Source: Spongospora subterranea f. sp. subterranea (lineage: Eukaryota). From it: 64,000 bases of DNA. Shown piece by piece: positions 1-13,067 of this stretch. The notes under the pieces are model-generated. The model did not search any database. It saw only the letters and a program-made list of their open reading frames with translations, and was not told where the DNA came from. The first letter of the stretch is position 1; the number at the start of each line of letters is the position of its first letter. The stretch spans positions 1-64,000 of the forward strand of contig JAUGWO010000107.1 in NCBI GenBank assembly GCA_049724395.1, in the 5' to 3' direction. Position numbers and translations under genes: made by a program.

Positions 1-1321
1 ACAGTGGCCTTGCAGGTCATCAGTCGAAGGAGAGAACACTCCGATCTATTAATTCTATTTTTCGGTGGAAGGGAATGACAGATTATATTGTAGGCATTGT
101 CGAAAATGCCTTCACTGCGTTCGCCTACGAGGGAATGTGGTCTCAAGTCCGTTTGGGCATGCAATTCATGCGACCAGACCCAATCAAGTAATTCATTATG
201 ATATTTTGTTCATCGCAAAACCACCCAGGAAATCATCACACAACTTTGATTATGTTCTCGTTATCAAAGACGACCTGAGTCAGTTCATTGAGTTAATTTC
301 GTGCGAATTTGCCGACCACTTTGCAACAGTCAATGGCCTCATTGACTGGTTTAAAAGGTTTGGCATCGTGTTCAGACATGTATCTGACCAGGGTTCCCAC
401 TTCAAGAACCAAGTGGTAGCAGAACTATGCTCTCGCCTTCATATTAACCATCATTTTACTACTGCATATTCTCCATGGGCGAATGGAACCGTTGAAGTCG
501 TGAACAAGCTTTTACTTCATGTCCTTCGTGCGCTCATATCTGAACTCCGATTGTCATTTCATGATTGGCCCTATGTACTTCCATTAGTCAATATGGCTCT
601 AAATCATCGTGTACGAACTCATATTGATTTCGCTCCAGTCACTATAATGACCGGCCTCCAACCTTCAACGTTGATCTCCACTATCTTTATCGAACCTCTT
701 AACCAGATTCGTGGATATCCCATTAACATCTCAAGCAGTTCATGATATCACTACTGATCTAGCTGCAGCGTGCGATATCATCCACCGTCAAGTCGTCAGT
801 AAATTGACTCGTCAACGTGGTCAGTCGCACACATCTCGGGCTAAACAGCGAAACGTCGTCCCCATAAACTTCGAAATAGAAGATTACGTCTTAGTCGCGG
901 CCAATTTGAACCGCACAAAACGTCATAAACTCTCTGGCACTTGGCACGGTGCAGGACAGATTGTTGGCACCATCAATGAATATGTTTAATCAGGTGAAAA
1001 ATTTTTATTTCATCCCATATTACAGATGTGCATGCTTGTCGTCTAAAAATATATGATGACTCACACCTAAACATAACGCAGGCCATCTAAGAACAAATTG
1101 CCCATGATGGGCATGGACATTTCGTGAAGAGCCTGAGCGACATCCGCCAAAACTTCGCATCGGGCGATGTTGAAGTCCAAGTACAGTGGGCCGGATTTGA
1201 GGAGCAGGATACAACTTGGGGGCCTATAACGTCAATTAAGGAAGATGTCCCCATCCTGCTTAAACAGTTTCTACTGAAACGGTCCGACCCGTTATCACTA
1301 TCTTGCTTACAAGATTTTTGA
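1..1321 (+). mobile_element. 3' part of a degenerate Ty3/Gypsy (chromovirus-like) LTR retrotransposon: integrase core plus chromodomain
   Basis: ORF 65-745 has integrase motifs (CxxC, IHYDILF, VSDQGSHF, YSPWANGTVE). ORF 711-989 has the GPY/F-like region (KLSGTWHGAG). ORF 1124-1321 has a chromodomain (VQWAGFEEQDTTWGP). Frameshift and stops lie between the pieces. Confidence 0.9.
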
Positions 1322-1470
1322 AAGGGGAATGTACAGAATCTTTGGTACTAACGATCGCATTAACTGTACCAAAATTCTTTTTAGTGATCCTGGCTTTTGT
1401 AATCTATCTCCCATCTAAAAATAAACAGCACTTAGGTTCTCTGTGTCAACCAACGCTTGCGGAACCTGCA
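1320..1470 (+). repeat. Polypurine tract followed by putative 3' LTR
   Basis: GAAAGGGGAA directly after the pol stop, followed by TGTACAG at 1330. The right end (CA at about 1470) is inferred from where the adjacent transposase homology begins. Confidence 0.5.
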
Positions 1471-1907
1471 TACTTAGAAGTGTCAGGGGCTCGCCCGTCA
1501 TTGGCAAGTTTCCGATTGCGAACGACAACCGGCGCCTTTCTGGCGTATTTATCGATTTGCCTTTTCCATCGTTCAGCTTGCCCGTAGTGAACGGTTACGC
1601 CAGATGCGACATCCTCGAAATCTTGTCGTAAAGACTCCGAGAACATCGTCAAGATTGACATTCCATACACAAGCGAATTTTTGCGATCCGCAATCTGATA
1701 AAATGTCGAATGCATGGACTAGATTGGGTTCGAATCACTGCGGGCCATTTCTTCGAATTCTTTATCAGTGCACGATTTGCATGCAAATATAAGCCTAGCA
1801 ACCGCGTCACGAAGCCACCATTCAAACCATTTGGTGGCGTTGGAATATTCGGACTGTAATTCCTCAATCGCCGAATTAAAAACCTCAATGACGAGTAGAA
1901 GCGCCAT
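1471..1907 (-). pseudogene. C-terminal fragment of a second GCM/Mutator-like transposase
   Basis: ELQSEYSNATKWFEWWL and NDGRAPDTSK parallel ELQREYPKIKKWLAWYL and NDGRAPDTSK in the 3294-4323 copy. Confidence 0.7.
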
Positions 1908-2219
1908 TTATGACATGTCCCTTTTTTTTTTTTTGAGGATGGCTTTACAAAAATGTAATTTCTTGGACTTGACCTTGGCCACAAGATGGAGAGGATATCT
2001 GCTGGTCAGCATGGGCCCGTTTGAAATGAACCCAACGAGTGAGGCTTGGTATGTGAGCATATGCGTCAAAACAATTTTTTTCCTTGATACTGGCATCATG
2101 CAAATCAACTCACCTTACCCGTCATTTACCTCGTTAACCAGCTATCATTGCAAATACGTGAATTTTCGCATAGAATTTAGATCTGTGCATCTACAATGGC
2201 ACAAAGATCACAACATTAA

Positions 2220-5200
2220 TCATTTTATTAAGTTAAGAGCCTTAATGCGCAATTCTTGTGGGTACATCGACTGGATGCATTCCATGTCACAATGGAAGGA
2301 GAGCTTCTGCTTCCAATAAAGCTTTACATTCGTGACCTTGGTCACTAACAACCTCTGGGCATCTCGAGATATAGCTTTGTTGCATCCAGAACATTTCGGT
2401 ACTGGGCCTTTGTTGGCGACGTGAACAATTCGAATATCAGTTGGATACGCAGAGAAAATGGATGAGCAAGCTCATGTGATGGTTTTGTTGATTCGACGAC
2501 CTGTTTCGTACTGCTTCCCCGTTTACGATACCATAGTTGGTTCACGAGGTAACCGTCGGGTAAGGTAACTTCATATGCAAGATGCCAGCGAAGTTTCCTC
2601 TTCGCCATTCCATCGTAAAAGAGCACGCCTCCTTTGACGAAAACGTGACAACAAAAATGAGCTCCGTTCCCATAGATAATCGCACCAAGTGCATATTCCA
2701 TTGTCCCAAAGCTCAGCACCCGCGCTGGTAGATGATATTTAGCATCAGTATCTCTTTCCCAGTGTTCAAGACAGTTTAAAATAAGAAGTTTTGGGTGAGA
2801 TTTTGCGTCCAGTTTTTCAGAGTGTCGAATGCGACCGCAAACATAAACGTTATCCATTTCTGTCTCTTCGGTGTCAATAAACAGATTGGACTTGAGTTGG
2901 AACATACATTCTCCAAATTCTGTTGGGGCTGCAGAATTAATCATTTGGCCACAATCCTCTGGAATGGGTACCAAAGACGCGTCAGCATCGGCTTGGGTGA
3001 ACTGGCGAGGATTTCTGGCCACAATATGACGGTATCGTTTGGATTTGGTGTATTGCGGCCTTGGGCACAGAGGTGACTGGCACGCCGATGAAACTGTTGC
3101 TTCGAAAGATACCAATTCGGGAAGATGATCCAGATATGCAGAGTCAACATCTTGCATTAAGTCGTGAAGTGTCCCATCATTCGGAATTTTGAGAACTTTG
3201 GTGCACCATAACCATCTTGCTTTAGCGTAATCCCCTGCCGTTATCTGATCCAAAGACGTTTGAAGGATTGAACAGACATTACTTGGAGTACTATCAGCAG
3301 AGAAGATTCGCTTCATCGAAACGTTGAAGAAGATAAAACGCCATGAGAGAAGTGTCCAAAGGGCACGTATGGGTAGCTTTAAACCCTTTATAATCAAAAG
3401 ACCACGGTATTCCAAACGATGACCAATCAACGTCGTTGCCTAACTTAGGAACTTTATTGCGAGAACCTGGTGGCCTTCCATTAGCTTTACTTGTGATAAT
3501 AAGCTCTTTTGAAGTATCCGGAGCTCGACCATCATTTTGGAAAAACTTCTTCCTCTTCTTACAGGATTGATAACGTATTGGCATACCCCTTGAAGCACGC
3601 TCGTAGTCCATTTCGATGTTTTGCACAAACCGAACTGTATGGTCGAGCACTTCGGCGACTGATAGTTTTTTTTAGGTGCAGCTCGTTGAAGACCCCGCCG
3701 AGACTCTCTTGCGCGTTAGTATCTTTACTGATCGAACCATTTGCGGGAATAGACAATAATGCTAGGAATATAAACTTCCCTCTTGCAGGATGTAAATACC
3801 ATGCTAGCCATTTTTTGATTTTCGGGTATTCCCTTTGTAGTTCTTTTGCAAGCTGGTGAAAAGAGGCGTTCGAATGGTCTGGAGATAGCAACTCCAGTGC
3901 CTTAACGTAATATGACATTTCCTTCTCAGGACTGACAATGGCACCATTTCGACGCACCCTGGTTAGAGATCTTTTGAAATGAACTTCGCAAAACCTATGA
4001 ATCTTTTCAAGAGGCAGTGGCTGAAACTCTGGGATCATGAAATAATCTCGTATAGCAAGTTCAAATCCCACCCGCTCAGCATCAAAGAAGTCGCACGTCA
4101 TCCCAGGAAAACCCTCCAGGAATTCGTCCAAATTGTGAAATGCGAATGATTGCAGTAAGACTAAAAAGTGAGCCTTGTAGTGATACTGTGATTTGCCAAA
4201 CATTATTGATATAACCAGAGGAATAGTTCTTTGAATTATTGGGCAATATGCGCTGGTGAACGTTACGTTTACCTTCTCAAAATGAATATCCTGAACGAAT
4301 CCGTGCACTGAATCGGTTTGCATACTGATTTCTAGATCAAATGCTCAGTTTTCATGAACTCGGTTTGGATCGAGACATGCCCGTTGACAGACGTTATAGA
4401 CGACGAAAGTATAATAGTCTTATCAGGGCTCATTTGCTTCTCGAATGATGCCAATACTTCAAGGGTAGTTTTCGGGGACGCTTGTTGAAGAATTTTTCTT
4501 CGCGTATTGGCAGTCCGGTCAAGGTTCGTAAATGCTGGATGAAGGATAGCTACCGAGGCTCGAGTAGCTGATCCGACTATCAAGCTTCTTGGAGGGATCT
4601 CCGGGGCAACTAGAACAATATCCCTAAATTTTGTCCTTGCTTCCATATTTGGTCGTATCGCATGCGGTTTCGCATGGTGATGTATTTCACGATGATAAAT
4701 GTGTACAGCATGTTCATCGTCAACCAATTTCAACGTTACGTTGCATGCCCAATGGATTAATTCCACATCGTGGACGATACAAAGCTCCTTTGCTGGCAAA
4801 GGTTCCGCGCCACGTAATGATCGTCTGGGAAGTCGCGGCCGTTCAACATAATCACACTGTGGACATTTATAAACGCCCAAACACGATTTTAGATAAGTAC
4901 GACGAGGGCCATTTCTGGCTTTGTTATGGCTATACACAACCATTGCCCATCCAACGCTGCGAGATTCGATCACACTATCAGAACGTGTTGGATAATTCAT
5001 AATGAACGTCTCCATTCGGCCATTCGGGTGTAGACTGATGGTTATATCCTTCATCAGGTGCCTCTGCAGCTATCTCTGGAGAAAGGCTGGTAGAAATAGA
5101 CTGAAGTTCATGAAAGCTGGAACATCTGTTACTTGAGCGAGAACATCCGTTACTTTCAGAGAGGCTTGGAATTCTTTATCTTTTCATAGGGGTCCAAACT

Positions 5201-5623
5201 AAGCCTGTTTCCATCAAGAGTGTGCTGTAATGATCGACCATCCTGCATGTGAGAAATTTCACAGGGGTCTGACGGACCGACAGACTGGGCGTTATTCTCA
5301 CGGATGTGCTGCATCAAATCATCCTGCATATGAGACGTTGGCCCACAAGAAAGTATCTGTTGAATTAAACCTTGGTCCACAGGTGGGCCAGACGAAGCCT
5401 GCAAAGCCATCTGACACAACCTGACCAGAAAGCTTTGTAATTCGGTCATTGCAGTGGAATATGAGCTTGAGTGTGTAACTTTTTGAAGGTAACTCCGTGC
5501 GGTACTCATTTGAGTGTGTAAACTGTCCTCTATATGCAGTAGCAAAAATAGATTTGAGTGTGTAATTGTGCGCGGCCTCTGTGTGTGTAATGAGTGTGTA
5601 CACACTAAAATCAGGGGACTCAT
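2220..5623 (-). mobile_element. Mutator-like (MULE) transposase pseudogene: GCM zinc domain + DDE core + cysteine-protease-like domain + PARP-type zinc finger
   Basis: 4332-5054 GCM-like (GWAM..KSCLGVYKCPQC..ERP..C..H..H..C..HHHAKP). 3559-4323 MULE core (QTDSVHG, MTCDF, FCEVHF, DTNAQES). 2345-3430 TCPLDT...GAHF...YDGM protease-like. 2220-2430 CSGC...FHCDMEC. Several 1-nt frameshifts. Confidence 0.8.
5468..5606. repeat. Four dispersed TGAGTGTGTA(A) motifs, possibly subterminal repeats of the MULE
   Basis: ttgagtgtgtaa at about 5468, 5510 and 5554; tgagtgtgtac at 5591. Confidence 0.6.
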
Positions 5624-5786
5624 TATTTATTTATAGAGTACAGTAAGTACTTAGTACAGTACTATTCAGGTCCGCAACAAATTGCCTTGCGATTTGCGCA
5701 GTTTTTCGTAAAGCCAGACTTTGGTTCAATGAAATCCGCGGAGTCTCGCAGATTTTTAAAAAATCATATTGTAATCTTGAACGAAC

Positions 5787-7044
5787 ATGGTACGTCCAGG
5801 AATGACTAATGTTATTACCGATGGGGTGACCCCGGTTATAATGACTTTTAGGCTGACAAAACATACCACTGGAATTGTGCCAGGGACTTTGCCGGCAGTT
5901 GGATTGGCTTTAGATCATTATCGGCCTCGTTTGCCGGACGGAAATCTGGATGCGCGCCTGTGGGCTATAACATTGCGACCTGAAACTGTAGCTGCAGGAC
6001 CTGATGAAGCCGACGACTGGCGCTCGGTGCGAGAGCAGGAATTTAGATTCGCAGATATCAACACAGAATTTCTGCTCCTAATCAGGGAAATTAACCTGAA
6101 AACAAACCGTCCTCAGATTCGCGCTTTTGCTAAATTTCGAGAGCGAAAAGCGAAACAGACACTCGTGAACCAGTTTTACCCGTTCGATATTGAATCCATC
6201 ATTTTACGAGCACCTTGGCCCGAAGTGATGGCCGATTTAACCAAAGACAATGTAACTTCATGGCAAATAGTTGGCGTTCCTCCCTCGCGAGCTAGAAATG
6301 ATTATTCAGTCACGGAAGACGAGAAATGGCCAGCTTGGGAGAAAGCGGCAGCCGAAAACCGTTTTCATGACATTGACGAGGTGGCTTTCCTCAAGTTTTC
6401 TCACGGATTCAAGAAAATTTATGTGAACTCTCGCAAATCCATTGTGCTGCCACCCTTGGCCACTCTACAAAATATATGGATATCTGGTGACTTTGACGCG
6501 GAAGTTCTTGTGAAATCGTTCCAGAACGATGATGTCTACAGGAAAGACACCTCTGAGAGCTGGTATGGATACAGGGGACAGCCCGTTGTCTTAATCGATT
6601 GGGTTAATGCCGTCAGAATGCAAGGCACTTGCTCGCTCTTTCCGTCTGTGGTCGGATCGAAATGCATTCCGCGCCAAGCTGGAACATGGAGACATGATGA
6701 TTCGCCCCCGGCATTTGATTGTCCTTTCTAAGGCAAAGATTGAGCAATGCTTTACGGAGCGAGATGACACTCGTAGACTCAAGCGCTTGTTCAGTGCTTT
6801 CAACGCTGATGGTTTCAACAAGAGGAGCATTGTGTCCGACGTACAGAGAAAGCTGAATTTATGGGGAAGCGTTCTAGACGGGAAAGTGCAGTTTACCGAG
6901 TGGTATATGGCTGGAGAAGTCGGATTCGATAAAGAGACAAGGCAGAATATAATGAGAACTTGGCAGTTCACACCACCATTCATGTACCTAACCCTCGATA
7001 ATCTTCCACCCAGTACCGCTATCATTATTCGCAGTTGGCTTTAA
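5787..7044 (+). pseudogene. Endogenous CRESS-DNA (circovirus-like) Rep homolog, catalytically inactive, one frameshift at about 6607
   Basis: Ordered Rep architecture: WAITL (motif I), E..TNRPQIRAF.KF (II), DLTKD (III), then SF3 helicase NIWISG, KDTSESWYGYRGQPVVLID, LWSDRNAFRAKLEHGDMMIRPRHLIVLS..IEQCF..D...LKRLF. Confidence 0.85.
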
Positions 7045-7374
7045 ATTCTGTTTATCAATATTGTACGTATCGTTTCCCTACAATTGCTGTGTATTACAAA
7101 AGCACGGTTATGCTTTTTACAACATTCATTAAACATCAGGTTGATAATTATGATCTGCCACTTAAATGAAGGTTGTCAATGGAACTTCGGTTTTTGCGAA
7201 ATAGTGCTAAACTCTTTAAAATGAACCGGATTGTTGCAGTGTTGTCACCTACAGTTGTTTCAACGCGCGTGCCATAGCAGACTCCCTCAACCTTCTCAAT
7301 TGACTTGTCCCTGAAATCTTGGCTCGACCGTTAAGCGTTTGCCGATTAGCAGTGGTGCAGTATTCCGTCAAATT

Positions 7375-9157
7375 CATGGCGTTTGTGGTTGATTGGCAAA
7401 GGGCAAGACGGCCGAGCCTAATTTCCCTGCGCTTCGGCCTACCGTCTGATCACTCCCAGCTCATGGCACATTTGATGCAGTTAGATGAGGCTAATTTCTG
7501 CCGTTTAGTCAATGAAACAGGTCATGCTGTCAATACCGTTCTTGGTGTCGCCAGGTCGCCAGAACGGCAATTACTTGCATCGGCTCTGATAAACAGCTGG
7601 GAATTATCGGCTGACCTGTTTCTTATGAGCACAACTGAACGTCTTCGCAGTAAATGTCGATTATTACATGTCAGTCCCGGCACTCTGCGCTCCATTTGAT
7701 ATGTCAAGTTATTTCCGCTCGATTTAGACGGATCTCTTGAACATGATAAGAGAATGAGTGTTTTTTTCATACTGCCTCTTAACAATACGCGCTCTTGCTA
7801 TTATCCTTCCAAAGTTTTCATCTACAACCGCATCGTTTAGCTTTTCCATCCATAAATAACTTTAGTTCCGCTGATGAAATAATCACTAGTTTTCGATGTT
7901 TTTCGCGATTGTTTTCATAACGTCGCATATATATGCTGTTGCCAAACTCTATCAATTGGTCTAGTATGAAGATTTTCTCTGCATGTGTCTATCATACATG
8001 TGCCTTTTCATCATTAACTCATAGTTAACTGCTGCGATAAGAGTTATGTAGAGCTTCATTTAACCATTTTTTGATAAAATACCGATCTGATTGCTGTCAG
8101 GCCTGCGACCCAGCTCTTTTCCAGGCCATTAAGCAGGCTATATCACGATGGGGAGAGGGTCCAGTTCTTCTCCAACTCGATGGCTCAGAGCCGGTGTTCG
8201 CCAAAATTCGAGCTCTCTTCATGTATTTAGATGGTTTGTGACTCAAATTAATCAATCATGTGATTCATGTGTCGTTTCTAGTTGTCGTTGATCTTTCGGC
8301 AATGAATGTATTTCGCAGATTTGTTGTTATTTTGATTTCCCATCTGCTTAAGAGTTCGGTCGTTGTTAGCAGGCGCATTTCTAACTGTTGTTTTTGTTGT
8401 GACATATCTGGGAAGTTTTTCTGTCCAGTTTTCACTTTTGTGTTGTTCGCGTAACTATTCTAATCAGGATTTTTCAACGCTCCGATTACTGAATTTAACT
8501 TTGAGTTCTGACATGCATATAAACTTTTGACTTCACCCGCTTTTTATCTGGAGCATGTCTATGGTGGCTTCCTCTGTCAAAAATTGCTTTGATACAACAA
8601 CCCCAATGTTGTTTTTGTGCAAAGCGTAAAAACCCAACGGTGTTTTGTATATAATTTGTCGGTGAGTCCTGTGTCTCAGGTGTATTTCAAGTTCGTCAGC
8701 CAACCGAATCTAGACTGGTCGTTTTGTTATCGGAACAGATTACAGTTGATTCCTGGAAGAAATATCTTTCGGCAGCGTTTGAACAACCGCTAGATGACGA
8801 AATGGTAATAGACGAATCAACCCCAGCTGAAACTTTTGCGTCATCGCAGATAATGCCAAGTCTTGCCTCCAATCAATGGACGCCATATCCGCTGTCGCCG
8901 AAATCGCCGATGATGTCGCCAACTAAACCTGACGGCGTCTCGTTTCTCGCGAACAACCTCGTCGAAAAACCGATGTTTCAACATCAAAGCGCAAGATCTC
9001 CCAGCAATTCACCCAACCAAGGATATTGATTGATATTCGCACTCTTTAAATGATATCTCTTTTTATCACATATTTTTCTCTACCGTCGCTTTCACTAAGA
9101 GTATTCGACTTTTTGCAGGTCTTTCGAAGGAATCGAAGGTACAACTTGGTCTTCTAA
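7375..9157 (+). CDS. Possible multi-exon hypothetical protein with S/P-rich C-terminus
   Basis: Coding-looking segments 7375-7699, 8101-8193 and 8740-9020, some flanked by AG/GT. No family recognised. Confidence 0.35.
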
Positions 9158-9217
9158 CTCTAAAATAGATGCGACTTGTGACCAAAATTCCATTTTCTTG
9201 GGTTTATTGAACTTCGG

Positions 9218-9763
9218 CTATGCAAATCCTGATGGAACTGGGCTCCTGAATTGACCGCGCGGCATTAGACAGCCCTCCTTTTCCAGATAGCTTTCTGGTT
9301 TTGAATGACCCGGTTCGAACGCAATCGGACGGTCACCACCGGCAGCAGCTGCAATACTTTCTGCTACAATCCCAGGGCCGCCGACCTTAACTTCATTATT
9401 AAAAATACCGTCCGTGGCGTTGTCTGTTATTGGCTCAACGATTACGCTGGCGCTGGACGTAACGTCATCTGGTCTGGGCGATATATCAGTGGCTAAAGTC
9501 CTGGCATTGGTAGTGGAACCATCAACAGCGTCGTTGTTGCCTGCTACGGAAACGACCAAAGGCTTCCCCCTTAGATTGGTTGTGAGAGATCCCTCTGGCA
9601 CAGTTACCATATCTTCCACTGATTGTTCTGTGTTCACTTGCTGGCCGCCTGAACCAGCATTTGCGTTCGCCATGATATCTCGCATTGAAGGCCCCTCCAA
9701 GGGTTGTTTGCTATCATGCGGTGAATCTGAGGGCATGCAATTCTTGGTAGAACACGCTCCCAT
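9218..9763 (-). CDS. Hypothetical low-complexity protein with N-terminal MGACSTK acylation-like motif
   Basis: 181-aa ORF; Gly2/Cys4 resemble myristoylation/palmitoylation sites. Confidence 0.5.
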   Translation of the reverse strand: MGACSTKNCMPSDSPHDSKQPLEGPSMRDIMANANAGSGGQQVNTEQSVEDMVTVPEGSLTTNLRGKPLVVSVAGNNDAVDGSTTNARTLATDISPRPDDVTSSASVIVEPITDNATDGIFNNEVKVGGPGIVAESIAAAAGGDRPIAFEPGHSKPESYLEKEGCLMPRGQFRSPVPSGFA

Positions 9764-11155
9764 GTTAGTGTTCAGCTATGACTATGCTTTATCGGCCGTT
9801 CTGTTTTAAAGCTGCGCGGCAATTCAATAAAATATAAATATGCCGGCATCGCGGAATTTCTTACTAGGTCATTACGAGCTGATTGACCTATCTCTTTGAC
9901 CGATAGAGATTATTCTGCATCGAAGCTCGAAAAACCAGTACGCAACGATTGTATCAAGGTTCTGTCAACAACAAAAATATCAACATCGTTAAACTCAGTA
10001 CCCATCACGACTATCGAAGCACCGATATACAGTATGTAAATACAGGTAAATACCACGTCTGGAAGGCGCCTCGTCAAAAACCAACTCTATGACTCGGTGG
10101 CAAGTGTATATTGCTAAGTGGTTAATAAAGTCTTCTTTAAAAGAATAAACAGTGTTTCAAACATTCACATCTCCTTGATTGGGAAACGCACGAATCACCT
10201 CTCCTAACGCACCTGTCGTTATTATCCGGTGAAAGAGGTGTTTCTAATCTTACTCTTCGGTCTAGTGTACTTAAGAGCACTTTTTTCTTTACAATGAAAA
10301 CGTTAATTTGTGTTTTTATATGTTACAAATTGTGCAGAATTGTAATTTTCCGCTTCCCTCAGTTTCGATGTTAAGATCTCATAAAAAATGGCCTCAGTAC
10401 CATAAACTGGGTCATTAAGTTAGGCTCCACGATCATCACCCATTTGCTTTCCCTTGATTCAGCCAATATTACCATCCAACATGTACTGTAATGCTCAATG
10501 ATTGATTTTGCTGACTCGATCCGTCCGATTGAAACATGCTGTTTGTGTGATTTGACAATTGATCATTCAGCGCGTATTGAGCTTTCGATATACATCCATA
10601 ATATCTATTCAAAATATCTGAGATTTTCGGTTGCATAGTAACATGTGTAGAACGCCATTGGCTGCCGTATCATTTTGCTTCAAAAATCAAGTCATGTGTG
10701 GCCAAGGCAGAGCCCTACATCATGATCATGCGTCCTCAATGGTTCCGTACGTGCTCCGTCCATCATATTGATGGCCCATCTTAACTTTGTTTAGGCCAGA
10801 TGGGCGATCAATTAGAATACTAGACAAGTTATATTCTCACCATTTACCATGCAAATTCTTTATTTCTTCTGTACAGGGATAAACTTTTGAATCAGCCTCA
10901 ACGTGAGGACATGACTTTACCCAGGTGCGATTGCAGCGAAATATTGGCCTATACATACCATGGCATATTGTATTCGCCATTTTCATATCTTACAAATTAA
11001 CCCAATGATGACTTTTGACAAATGAGTTTATCTTAACGTTTACTAGATAATCAACGTTCTTATAACTATGGCAAGTTGCTGAATTTGTAAACTGTTGCTG
11101 CAGAAAAACCCGAATCGGCAACTCGTCACTGTCGTCGATTGCGATTGTTGTAACG

Positions 11156-12692
11156 ATGATGAGCGTTTCGATAGCGTCAGCCGTGGCGATCCAGCTCATT
11201 TTACCGGACGTGATGTCATATTGGCGTCGTATGCCTATAGCTTTTTCGGTTCTGGTGTACACGACGACCGGCGCTTTGGCCTCGGGTCTCGGTTGCTTGC
11301 CGCTTCTTCTGTTTCCCGCCATGACATCTGGCGCTTATGGCGTTACTGGCGCGGTAACCACTGGTGCCATGTCCATTGCCAGCGTTGGTAAGCTGCAATG
11401 TCCCCATCGGCCTTCATCCGTTGATATTTACTTTGACTGATCATGTTTTGTTCAATTATCGATAAAATTATGATTCATTGGAAACTTATTCGGATTTCGT
11501 TCTCCGAATTTCAGCTCAATACTCGTGATTGATTGCTATGTTTCACCTTTCAGATATGTTTATTGAAGGATTGCAGTGCAACGTAGGCTGGGCATCTGTC
11601 TTGTGTATAGCTGGCGTCCTGATTGGAATGACTACCGTCGCTGCTCTGAATGCCATCCTTCACCTGTCCGTTGGTATAAGACTGCACTTGACATTGTGGG
11701 TTCAATTTGTGATGCCATCTTGTTTGGCAGTGGATTTGCAAGGTGCTGATAGGCGTCGAATCCTGCTTGTTTTATCGGTAATGACTCTACATTCGGTTGC
11801 CGAAGGTATAATGTTTGTCATAAATGTTGCCTTTCAGTTACTGTTTGCAGCTATCAAGTTTCTGTCATTTTTGACATGCTGCTTAGTGTCCCTTGTAACA
11901 ATCGGCAGTTTTAGATGCCCCACAGGAATTTGTTTACAGTATGTTTTATTTTTTTATTGGGTGTTACTTTTCTACCTTCCTTCTCCTTGACCTATTTTGT
12001 TGTGTCGCAAAACTGATTCTGATTCTCCACGTCGTTACTTTTAATGTCACAGGTATGGGGATTGGGGTATCTTTTTCAGACCAGGCAGCAGCTGGCCTGG
12101 GCCGTTTTATTGCTATCGCTATCGGTCTGCACAATATAGCTGAAGGGAGCATCATTGGCCTGATCATGGTGTCTCGCGGCACAACGCCTGCTCGAGCAAT
12201 ATTCTACGCCATTCTGTCATCCATGCCTCAGCCCCTCGTTGCCCTACCATCCTTTCTTCTCGTGCAGGACCTTTCAGGTAGATATAAACCCCATTCAATT
12301 GGTAAAGTCTCGAATATCTCTTGAGTTGCAATGTTATTCTCTTCAATTCGTTTAGTTGTGGTTAAAGAATCGAGGTAGTTTTGAATTTCGACAAGTGACC
12401 TTGTCGAACGGGATTCGGAGATCCGAGTTCAAGTTTTTGGCTTTTCATGCTTACTCCTCTGCAGATCCAAGGTTTTTGGTTTTTGATTAGGTTTTGTATG
12501 TTATCAGTCCTCCTACCATTGGGTTTGGGTGTCGCAGCTGGTGCTATGGCGTTTCTAACCGTCACCGAGGTTGGCCCTGAAGCCAGGTCGCGAGTGGGTT
12601 CAGGCCCACAGTTCACGGCCATGGTGCTGTCCAGTGCTGCGTTAATGGGGTCATTACGATGGGTGATTGCCGCCATCGATCAACACTTATAA
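11156..12692 (+). CDS. ZIP family (ZupT/GufA-like) metal transporter, multi-exon
   Basis: MTLHSVAEG|MGIGVSF, AIAIGLHNIAEG, SSMPQPLVA, GVAAGAM...E. GT-AG introns. Start approximate. Confidence 0.88.
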
Positions 12693-13067
12693 CTGATCGA
12701 TATTGCCTATTCTCTCACCTTAATTCCGACTACTGATAATAAACACAACAACTTGTGTATTATGCCGTTGTTGAATCATATCTATCTAGTGTCGCATTCA
12801 GATTGGAAACCATTGTTGGAAAATAGAGGGAATTTTGATAATTTCTCCTTACAAGGTATCCATCATAGTCACCTGGTTTAATAGCGCCTGAAGTTTTGGT
12901 CTTCTCATCGCGGTTCCGCTCATGCATCTCCCAATCTGTTCCACTGATCGGCAAGTTGAAATTCAACAATGGAAACAAGTGACTGAATGAGAATGTCGGT
13001 ATTATGAATGTGTTCAACTTGGTAAGGAAAAAGGGGCGGAAATATATCTGGCGCTTTCTCAAATTCA

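Noticed and set aside
7084..7104. CRESS origin nonanucleotide (GTGTATTAC) downstream of Rep
   Set aside because: Mismatch to NAGTATTAC and only a 4-bp stem. No capsid ORF was recognised nearby.
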